Shown one piece after another: positions 26,418 through 35,000 of a stretch of DNA of 48,167 nucleotides. The stretch is from a virus (Duplodnaviria > Caudoviricetes), in the IMG/VR virus record IMGVR_UViG_3300024339_000026, positions 1 through 48,167 of that record; one strand, given 5' to 3'. Position 1 is the first letter of the stretch. Each line of letters starts with the position of its first letter. The notes under the pieces were generated by a model. It was not told where the DNA came from, did not search any database, and was given only the letters and a program-made list of their open reading frames with translations. The position numbers and the translations under genes were made by a program.

Positions 26418-27862
26418 TGGACCTTTTACAACAATTAAATAATGGTGGGTTTGGCGGTGGTTCTGTTAGTAGTGAAGTATCCATGGGGCAGGTTCAGGAG
26501 CTTCAAAAAGCACTGACGGCTGGTTATGGTTCTGATTCTGCTGGTCTTGAGGGTGGTGGTGCGTTACGCATTCAGTCTCTCGATAAAACTCTTATGGCTG
26601 TTGTGCAGGAAAACAAGCATTTTGCTCTGTTTAATGCGCTGCAGAAGCAGAGTGCCACAGCAACCGTAGATGAGTGGACTGAGCAGTCTGGTATCGGTGG
26701 CTTCATGGGTGGTTCAACCAATACTGAAATGGGGATTATTCGTGAGTCGACTGGTGATTATGCTCGCCGGGTTGGTTTCGTTAAGTTCCTGATGGCTAAG
26801 CGTCAGGTGTCTGTCGTGCAGTCCCTACAGGGTGCTATCGCGCAGTCTGAGGCAATCGAGCAGGTCAACGGTACCAAGCAGCTTCTAACTGATGCTGAGT
26901 TCTTGTGCTTTGAAGGCGACTCTCGCATTGTTCCTACCGAGTTTGATGGTATTGGTTCACAGCTCGAGACTCTGGATTCTGCTGACCATATCATTGATGC
27001 TGAGGGCCAGACCCTGACTTCTATCAATGCAATCGTACAGGCTGCAGCGGTAATTTCTGGTTACGGTAACTTTGGTACTCCTACGGACCTCTTCCTGAGT
27101 CCCGGTTGTGGTGCTGATCTTGATGCCAATCTTGATCCTGCTTACCGTGTTCCTCTGCCAAATGGTCAAGAGTCCAAGCGTGGCACTCCTGTTCGTGGCA
27201 TCGTAACTGCTCAGGGTGATGTTTCTATAACTCGTGACGTATTTATTCGTGGCGAAGATATGCAGCTTCCGTTTGAGTTGATGCATGGAGATATCGCGAG
27301 CGAGAATAACTTCACGCCAACCGGTGTTGAGTGTAACGCTGATTCCAGTGATGTTGGTTCTAAGTTTGGTGCTCCACATGGTGGCAACTATTACTACTTG
27401 GTTTCCGGCATTAATGCTGAAGGTCAATCAATTGGTATTGTGAGTGCACAGGTTGCTGTTGCGGCTGGCAAGAAGGTCATGATCACCATTGATAAATCTG
27501 CTTCTGGCAAAGAGTCCGGTTATGTGATTTACCGCTCTCGCAAGAACGGCACCAATAATCGTAATGACTTCCGTGAAATGATGCGTGTTCCACGTACCGG
27601 AGAGCAGACTGTTGCCGTTGACCTTAATCGTGAGATTCCCGGTTCAAGTAGCGCATTCCTGCTCAATCTGAACGCTAGTGATCAGTCGATCACTTGGAGA
27701 CAGCTTCTGCCGATGATGAAGTTCCCGCTTGCTGCAGTAAATCAGGCAACGATTCCTTGGGCACAGTTGCTGTTCGGATATCTTCGTCTTGCTAAGCGCC
27801 GTCACCATATTCTGATTAAGAATATCGTGCCTAGCGCGTCTGCATGGAAGCCTTTCGCTTAA
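26417..27862 (+). CDS. Major capsid protein (SPO1/Twort-like)
   Basis: QKALTAGYG..GGGALRIQSLD..EFDGI..GTPTDLFL..LPMMKFPLA..IKNI. Confidence 0.88.
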   Translation: MDLLQQLNNGGFGGGSVSSEVSMGQVQELQKALTAGYGSDSAGLEGGGALRIQSLDKTLMAVVQENKHFALFNALQKQSATATVDEWTEQSGIGGFMGGSTNTEMGIIRESTGDYARRVGFVKFLMAKRQVSVVQSLQGAIAQSEAIEQVNGTKQLLTDAEFLCFEGDSRIVPTEFDGIGSQLETLDSADHIIDAEGQTLTSINAIVQAAAVISGYGNFGTPTDLFLSPGCGADLDANLDPAYRVPLPNGQESKRGTPVRGIVTAQGDVSITRDVFIRGEDMQLPFELMHGDIASENNFTPTGVECNADSSDVGSKFGAPHGGNYYYLVSGINAEGQSIGIVSAQVAVAAGKKVMITIDKSASGKESGYVIYRSRKNGTNNRNDFREMMRVPRTGEQTVAVDLNREIPGSSSAFLLNLNASDQSITWRQLLPMMKFPLAAVNQATIPWAQLLFGYLRLAKRRHHILIKNIVPSASAWKPFA

Positions 27863-27877
27863 AACTTTGGCTGGTTT

Positions 27878-27904
27878 CCCCCTTCTTCTTGGAGGGGGTT
27901 TTTT
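27878..27904 (+). terminator. Rho-independent terminator after the capsid gene
   Basis: CCCCCTTC...GGAGGGGG followed by a T tract. Confidence 0.6.
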
Positions 27905-27914
27905 AGGAGTTTGT

Positions 27915-28196
27915 ATGTCTCGTGTAATTTGTTCACTACCCAATGCCAGCACCAATATTAATGGTGTTGATTTTGTACCCCACTCTGGTGGGCAGATGAT
28001 ATCTGTCGAAGAGCTTTCAGATGATGTCATTAAATCATTCTGTGAGATCGAAGGATTCAAATCGTCTTCCGCTAAACCTCTTTCTTCTCAGGCTGCCATT
28101 GACAAGGCTGAGGCTAATAAGAAGGCTGCTGATAAGAAGGCTGAGGCTGATAAGAAGGCCGCTGAAGCTGCTGAGGCTGCTGAGGCTGGTAAGTAG
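27915..28196 (+). CDS. Small head-associated protein with Ala/Lys/Glu-rich tail
   Basis: AGGAG RBS; MSRVICSLPNAS; AEADKK repeats. Confidence 0.65.
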   Translation: MSRVICSLPNASTNINGVDFVPHSGGQMISVEELSDDVIKSFCEIEGFKSSSAKPLSSQAAIDKAEANKKAADKKAEADKKAAEAAEAAEAGK

Positions 28197-28204
28197 AAAA
28201 GGGA

Positions 28205-28570
28205 ATGTCTGTCGCACCGGTACAAGATGTCATTCAAGTGGTTCAGGGGGATACACGGTTTCCTCTTGAAATGCAGTTGATTGAGTATCGGTGTGCGGAT
28301 CAATGCGAGGTAGAGGCTCCAATCAATCTGGGTGAGGTTGACCTAGTTCGACTTCTCATTTATTCGAATAAAGTGCTGCAGCAATCATTTGATTGCAACT
28401 TTATTGGGGCACCACAGAACGGACAAGTGGTGGTTGATTTCTGGAGTGATGTTTGGATGGAGCAGGGGGATTATATCGGTGAGGTGGAGATCACGTACTC
28501 GGCTGGAGGCTGTAAAACCATGGAGAACGTAATTCCATTTCATGTTCGCTCGAAAGGTGTAAAACGATGA
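28205..28570 (+). CDS. BppU-N-like structural adaptor
   Basis: QGDTRFPL..INL..GQV..GDYIGEVEITY..T..F.V. Confidence 0.55.
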   Translation: MSVAPVQDVIQVVQGDTRFPLEMQLIEYRCADQCEVEAPINLGEVDLVRLLIYSNKVLQQSFDCNFIGAPQNGQVVVDFWSDVWMEQGDYIGEVEITYSAGGCKTMENVIPFHVRSKGVKR

Positions 28571-28728
28571 GTATTCTTAAAAAGCGTGAGAAAAAAGCCT
28601 CCCGGTACAAAGTGAAGGTTGATCATATTAAGCGGATTGTTCGTGCTCGGATTGTCTCGGGTTTACCTGATATGTCGACCAGTGAGATTGGAAATGATCG
28701 TGTTGGCAACTTCAGGATAGGTGGATAA
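28567..28728 (+). CDS. Small hypothetical protein
   Basis: ATGA overlap; MSILKKRE...GNFRIGG. Confidence 0.4.
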   Translation: MSILKKREKKASRYKVKVDHIKRIVRARIVSGLPDMSTSEIGNDRVGNFRIGG

Positions 28729-28732
28729 CGGT

Positions 28733-29272
28733 ATGGATATTCGCTTTGCCAATGATACCTACGGATACCTACAGCATGATATTGGCGCTGATGACGAAGA
28801 TGTCCGTTTACTGGTTGGGGATGCTGTAAAGGGAGAGTTCCCTGAGCTGTCTGGTGATCACTATTGCTATCTGTCTCTTGTTCCACGTGGAATGCAGGAC
28901 ACCAAAGAGATCGTCATGGCTACGCTCTTTGAAGATGGTGTATTCACGGTCAAGCGTGGGGTGGATGGGACTGAACCCGTACCTCATATCAAAGATACAA
29001 AAGTTTCTGTACGTCTTGTTAGTGCATCGCTTTATGCGCTTCACAACGAGGCTGTTGCGAATGCGACAGTGCGAATGGAGGCGATGTTCAAGCTGCTTGG
29101 TGAGCAGTTGAACCACTACTCCGAGTTCCTGAATGCGGATCTTCCAATTCGAAGCGGTGAGGATGAATTAAATGAAGACACGCTTAACGAACAGGCGATT
29201 GTCTTGAGTAATAAGGTCGATGCGTTGACCTCTGCGCTCTCCACCGTGGCGACACAGGTGGCGCGGGCATAA
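28733..29272 (+). CDS. Virion protein with a fibre-type N-terminal domain (shared with 37601)
   Basis: RFAN..FPEL..EIV..FTVKRGVDGT; similar to RFEN..FPVL..EVM..LTVARGQDGT. Confidence 0.6.
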   Translation: MDIRFANDTYGYLQHDIGADDEDVRLLVGDAVKGEFPELSGDHYCYLSLVPRGMQDTKEIVMATLFEDGVFTVKRGVDGTEPVPHIKDTKVSVRLVSASLYALHNEAVANATVRMEAMFKLLGEQLNHYSEFLNADLPIRSGEDELNEDTLNEQAIVLSNKVDALTSALSTVATQVARA

Positions 29273-29394
29273 AGAGTTTGGTGGGTGGAGTTGGGTTTGA
29301 CACGTGGGGTTGGCTTTCCCGACTCCATCTGCCAACCCCAATGTTGTGCCCCGAGGGGGGTGATTTTTAACTTTAAATTTAAAGGATGTTTATT

Positions 29395-30342
29395 ATGCCT
29401 ACACAAGAAGAACTTGAAACCGCTGTTGCGGTATCCATCACTGCTGTTGCTCCAGTTGACGGTGCGGCTCTGGCGGCTCCTGCTCCTGCTGATATGGGTG
29501 CAGTTACTGTTGAAAACAAGCTGACAGCTAACGCTGTATCTGCTCCTGCTGCTGTTGGTTTCGGTGGTGGTGTTACAACTGCTGACGGTGTTACCGACGA
29601 GTCTTTGAACCGCAATGCTGACGCTTTGGCTGGTGATGTAAATACTCAGATGGCTGCTCTTGCAACAGCTCTGGATGCACTCTCCAATGACTTGAACTCT
29701 GATGCCTCTGCACAGGCTACTGAGATCAACAATAAGCTGGAAGCTCTGCGTGGCGGTTTGAACGCTGCTCTTGAAGACGTTCGTCTGCGTAACATTGCTC
29801 AGAACAACGACATCGCTGGTGCAATCAATACTCGCATGGGTACTGTTTCTGCAAATGAGGCTGCTCTGAAGGCTGCTATCGAAGCTGTTGATCAGAAGAT
29901 CATCGACCTTGATTCTGTCTACAACACTGATGCCGATTTTGCTGCACGCGCTGCATCTATCGACGCACTGATTGCTGATATGGACTCTTCTGGCCTTGAC
30001 GTTGCTGAGTTGTTGACCAGCACTACTACTGAGCTGGATTCTCTGATCCGTGTTCAGAAGAAGACCATTACTGTCAATTCTGGTAACGGAACTTACAGCT
30101 TCAATCTCGCTACTGAGCTGGGTCTGACTTTGAATGCTGAGGGTGACTTCACGGCTGCAATCGAAATCGTAGGACAGCCTAAAGCGTCTGCGTCTATGTC
30201 TGGTAAGACTGCTGCTGGTTTTGAGATTGGTCTGATGTCTCAGGGTGTTCATTATGTACCTCAGCCTTGGGCTGGTGATACTGATCCAGTAACTGTTGAA
30301 GTAACTGTTGCCCACGTTGCAACAGTACAGGTGTCTCTTTAA
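29395..30342 (+). CDS. Coiled-coil fibre-like structural protein (paralog A)
   Basis: Ala-rich coiled coil; paralogous to 30516-31598. Confidence 0.7.
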   Translation: MPTQEELETAVAVSITAVAPVDGAALAAPAPADMGAVTVENKLTANAVSAPAAVGFGGGVTTADGVTDESLNRNADALAGDVNTQMAALATALDALSNDLNSDASAQATEINNKLEALRGGLNAALEDVRLRNIAQNNDIAGAINTRMGTVSANEAALKAAIEAVDQKIIDLDSVYNTDADFAARAASIDALIADMDSSGLDVAELLTSTTTELDSLIRVQKKTITVNSGNGTYSFNLATELGLTLNAEGDFTAAIEIVGQPKASASMSGKTAAGFEIGLMSQGVHYVPQPWAGDTDPVTVEVTVAHVATVQVSL

Positions 30343-30417
30343 CCAGAGCAGCTCAAACGGAAGCACCATAGGGGATGATGCCGTTGGTGATGACACCATG
30401 GGCTAATCGCCTTTGAT

Positions 30418-30449
30418 AAGAGGGAGGAGCTTCGGTTTCTCCCTCTTTT
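30418..30449 (+). terminator. Rho-independent terminator
   Basis: AGAGGGAGGAGC-TTCG-GTTTCTCCCTCT followed by Ts. Confidence 0.7.
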
Positions 30450-30515
30450 ACCAAATTTTTCAGGGTAGTGAATTACTGCCCTCGCTATACAAACCCCACT
30501 GATGGAGATACGGAA

Positions 30516-31598
30516 ATGAGTTTAAATGGAACCACTGATACTGAGGAGACGGTAGTTGATCCAACTCCGCTTTCAGCCCCAGCCACAGAAGCAGAAATAG
30601 GCGCTGAGCACGCACTTAGTGTGACTGTCCCTGCAGCAGTGAATGCAGCCAATATTGGAGTACCTGCAGACATCAATATTAACCTGAGCAACATCACCAA
30701 TAAGGTTGAAGTTAATGGGGTTAGTTCAGAGTCTGTGAGCTACGACCCCATCTCTTCATCCGATGAGCTGTCGAATGCAACTCTGAATCAGACTGCTGAA
30801 ACACTGAAGATTAGCGTCAATCAGAAATTAACCACTCTAGCCACATCTATCACCGCCTCGTTCAGCAAGGTTGGAACGGATATGGGTAGTCAGGTTGCTG
30901 AGATTAACAGCAAGATCACTGACTTTAAAAATGCAGTGGAGCAGTCTTTTGCTGCCTTAAAAGTTGTCGAAGGGACACAGAATGACAATATCGCAAGCGA
31001 GATCAACCGGGTTGCCGGGGTGTTGCTGCAGGACATTAAAGCGGTAGCAGAGGGGGTCGCTGACTCTCAGTCGAAGATTGCCGCGCTGGACGATATATAC
31101 CAGTCTGATTCAGAGGTTGCCTCTCGTATTGCCGAAGTAAACGAGATGATCAGCACGCTGCGTGGCTCAGATTTGTCAGCTTTAGAGGCTATGGATGGTG
31201 TGATTGATGAGGTCAATAACCTCTCTCGAGTACAACAGAAAGAGGTCAAGATGGAGGTTGCTACTGGTCGATACAGTTATAACCTGCCGCTTGAAAATGG
31301 GATCACATTTGCAGATGAGAATCAGTATGTGATCACTGCCAATGTGGTGGGAAATCCGCAGGCTGTGGTCTTCATTGAGAACAAGACCGGTGACTCTTTC
31401 GAGATGCTGGTTAAATCATATGGTAAGCACTTCATCCCGCAGCCTGTTGATGGCTCTGTGACCCCTGTAGAGCTGGCGTTATGTCTGTCCTACTCACCGT
31501 CTGCCAAACTGTCCTACATCGTTCCTACGCTGCAGGAGGATCTCTCTGGCACTGATAATGTAACGGTTGGTGAGGAAGTCACGCCACCCGCCGAATAA
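30516..31598 (+). CDS. Coiled-coil fibre-like structural protein (paralog B)
   Basis: QNDNIA..IN..KIAALDDIY..RVQQK..G.YSYNL..HFIPQP aligns with paralog A. Confidence 0.7.
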   Translation: MSLNGTTDTEETVVDPTPLSAPATEAEIGAEHALSVTVPAAVNAANIGVPADININLSNITNKVEVNGVSSESVSYDPISSSDELSNATLNQTAETLKISVNQKLTTLATSITASFSKVGTDMGSQVAEINSKITDFKNAVEQSFAALKVVEGTQNDNIASEINRVAGVLLQDIKAVAEGVADSQSKIAALDDIYQSDSEVASRIAEVNEMISTLRGSDLSALEAMDGVIDEVNNLSRVQQKEVKMEVATGRYSYNLPLENGITFADENQYVITANVVGNPQAVVFIENKTGDSFEMLVKSYGKHFIPQPVDGSVTPVELALCLSYSPSAKLSYIVPTLQEDLSGTDNVTVGEEVTPPAE

Positions 31599-31624
31599 TC
31601 GAACCTTGAAAGGAGGCTAAGACA

Positions 31625-32029
31625 ATGGCGTTTCAGCAACCAACTATTCCGTTGACTCAGGGGGATACGCTTCCTCCTGTACGCCTCTTTGTTTATGATG
31701 CGGCCCATCCTGCACCGGGTAAGGTGATCAATCCCAATGATCCCTCAACTTGGAGGAGGGTGGACCTACATCGTATTGATCATGCTGTTCTGCTATTCAA
31801 GCATACCGCTTCCTTTGCGGATCCTGTCGAGATCCCCTGCTCAGTAATCAACAGTGGATTGGGTGAGGTATCTGTTGACTGGCGTGATGGCGACTTAGCC
31901 ATCGAGGGGAATTTTGTTGGAAAGGTCCGGCTCTACTATAAAGAGTTGGATGAGGCTCTTTCTATCATGCGTACTCTCAAGTGGACCTCGAAGGTTGAGA
32001 TTCCATTTGTTATTGAGCCTTTATTCTGA
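31625..32029 (+). CDS. BppU-N-like adaptor (paralog of 28205)
   Basis: QGDTLPP..VDL..GEVSVDW..G.F.G.V..IPF. Confidence 0.55.
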   Translation: MAFQQPTIPLTQGDTLPPVRLFVYDAAHPAPGKVINPNDPSTWRRVDLHRIDHAVLLFKHTASFADPVEIPCSVINSGLGEVSVDWRDGDLAIEGNFVGKVRLYYKELDEALSIMRTLKWTSKVEIPFVIEPLF

Positions 32030-35000
32030 TGCCATTTGATGGCGATATTGATATTAAAGATATCGGCGTTTATGCGAAGAAAATTTCTGAACTTCGCGGA
32101 TATGCTGATGCAGCCGAACTCAGGGTAACTGCTGCTCTTTGGAGTATTTCTGAGTGGGCCAAGGATCAGGGTTGGAATGAGGACCAGCTCTCCCTTGTTG
32201 AGTATGTTGAAAACTTAATACAGCTCAATAAAAATGATGGACTCACGATTCATGCAAATATGCTTGATGAGGTTCGCCGTTGGCTCGGGCGCAGCTTTGG
32301 TGAGAATCTTGGTTTAGATGATCATCCTGTTATTGAGCTGATCCGCTCTACATTGGAGTATGTGGAGCTTTCTGATCAGGTGAACGCTCTCGTTGGCTCT
32401 GCCATTGAAGATGGGATGCCGCTCTCTGAAGTGGTGGATGCTGCAGGTTTCCATCTTGTCTCTCATCGGGACAATGCCTCAACCGATGATCATATTGATT
32501 TGCACCCCTCGCTCTATAAGTGGGATGCGGTCGCTGTCACAGATGAAACTGTTCGTGCGATCTCTACCGATCATAGCGACCTCACCTCTTTTGATGATGA
32601 CCGGTCCACCTACCTGCGTAGGTACGTGTTTGAAGCGATCCATTTGATCGAGTCGGTTGCTGAAACCTCGTACAAAGCTGCCAGAGATTTGGTGGGTTTT
32701 GATAATGAATTATTTGTGCTGGATAGAAAGCCGGTAAGAGAGGAGCTTAATCTCCAAGACCGACACTTGGTGAATGACCATCATGGCGTTGAGTCTGCCA
32801 TTGGTCTTAGTGATTTGATGGTGCCTAGGGCCAACCCCGGAGCCATATCACTCGTTTCCATTGAAGATAAGAACTACAAGGCGGCTTCCAAGTCACATAG
32901 CGACCCCGTCTTTGTTGCCGACTCTTCTCGTATTGATTTGTTGGGTACTCATGCAGACGATGTGTTTCTGTCTGATGAGGGGGTGTTGCATGTAACCCAT
33001 CCTTCAGTGTCTGGAGTAAGCCTTGGTGATTCCTACAGCCTGCGACCAGAGTCGTTCGCTGTTGATACAGCCGCTTTATCGGATGATATGTGGTGGATGT
33101 ACCTACATGCTCGTAGCTTCCACGACACGCTCTCTTATCGCCATGTAACAGAGATAAAGTGGACAAAATCACTAATTGAACCCGTCACCTTCAAATGTAC
33201 AGTTTCTTGGTCAATACCCAATAAGCAGATGTACCACACGCTGCCTATTCAGGATCCTGTAAGTCTTCACCCAGACAAGCAGACAAGTGATGATATTTTA
33301 CCCTCTGAAGTTCTTAATTTCGTTTTTGATTCGGTTCACAGTGATCCTGTAACAGCTACAGATGTCGCCGCGCGTCATGCTCGGGTACCGCGCTTTGAGC
33401 ATGTATCTCTGGGCGATGCAGCAGCACGATATCTGCTTAATGTCGTCAATGATAATCTGCCGATCGATGATGACCACGAGGTGTCTATTTCTGATCTGTC
33501 GGTTATGGCTGACAGCAAAAATATTCAAGATCCCATCCTGTTCGGGCACGTTTTCGATAAACGCTCAAAGCATGAGTGGATAGACCAAGAGCGGATAAGA
33601 GATGAGCAGTGGAGTCATACATTCGCCTCACATTTTGACTCTGCTGCCTTGATTGATGCGGTGGGTTCTCATGTACTGAATATCATCAATGATAACTTGC
33701 TGATTGATGATGATCATGAAATATCCGTCTCTGATCTATCCGTGTTCGCGGGTAGAAAAAATATCAGTGATTTTCTTCGCTTCCTGCATACCCATGACAG
33801 CTATTCCAAACATGCATTGATTGAGCATGACAGGGTAACCGATGAGCAGAGAGCACATACCTATGCTCCGCACTTCAATCGCGCCACCTTGTTAGATGCT
33901 GTGGGTTCTCACATAAAGAGTTCGATCAATGATTTCCTACCGATCGATGATGATCATGTCGTTTCAATCGATGACTTTTCCGAGTTCAAAGGGCAGAAGG
34001 GGGTGCGCGACCTTCTGATTGTTGCTGCATATATCGAGTGGCACACTGCCTCCGTTCGACATGATACGTTTTCTTTCGATGATGATCTCTGGTCCTTTGT
34101 TTATCAGGGCACCCATGAGACTGCGGAGCTAATTGATTCGGTTGGGCGTTATGTTTTAAGTAATATCAACGATACTTTACCGGTTAATGATGACCACATT
34201 GTATCGTTTGTGGATAGCTTGATGGTTGGTCAAAGCAAGTCATTCGTTGATGACCTTCCTTTTGCTGACAGCCATGCCTCGCACTCAATGCCAGATAGAT
34301 CGAGTGCGGTATGCGTTACGGACGATCATTACCGGTTTACCAATAATAGCGAGCATGATCCTCTTCCAATCTCATCTCGGGTTGCATCTTATCTCAGGGA
34401 CCATGTTTCCACCCATCTAGGGTTTGATTCTTCTGTCGGCAGTCATGTAAAACAAATTTCACGGTCTAAGCTGCCGTTCGGTCATGATATTTTTCAGTAT
34501 TGGATGCTTTTGTCTCAGCTCTATACAGAGATGGGTCTTGGAGATGTTTTAAGTAGCCACTCTAGTCATGAAGAGCATGACACCCCAGTTCTGGATGACA
34601 TTATTGCTCGCTACGATCGCCGCATTCATGGTCCTGATGTTGTGCCCATTAGTGATCAAGCTGTCTTGCATCCGGATAACAGGGTCGCTACAGGTATGGG
34701 GTTCGGGCATCGGGTCCACACGATTCCGTTGATTGATCATTTTATTTATGACTTGCTCAAGTTTGGTGGTGGGGTAGGGTTTGACCGTTCCCATATGGGT
34801 GAGTACATTTTCAATTTCATTGAGGATGCTGCCCACACAACCAGCCGGATTGTCAGCGATGAGTTGGGGCTTAGTTGTGATTTTCAGTTGATTGCCGGGA
34901 ATGGGGTTAGTGATCCTTTGGGGCTGGGTGATTACTTCATGGCTATGCCTTTATTGAGGCACAGTATCGAGACCACGCTGCCGTTTAGTCACCAACTGTC

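Noticed and set aside
28101-28190. Tandem repeat as a possible non-coding array
   Set aside because: In-frame low-complexity AEADKK/AAE coding repeat
29116-30399. 427-aa minus-strand ORF
   Set aside because: Antisense shadow of the + strand gene 29395-30342; Ser-rich with no motif or RBS
30387-30402. Another late-promoter copy (GTGATGACACCATGGG)
   Set aside because: Mismatched core and no YANNNT at the expected offset
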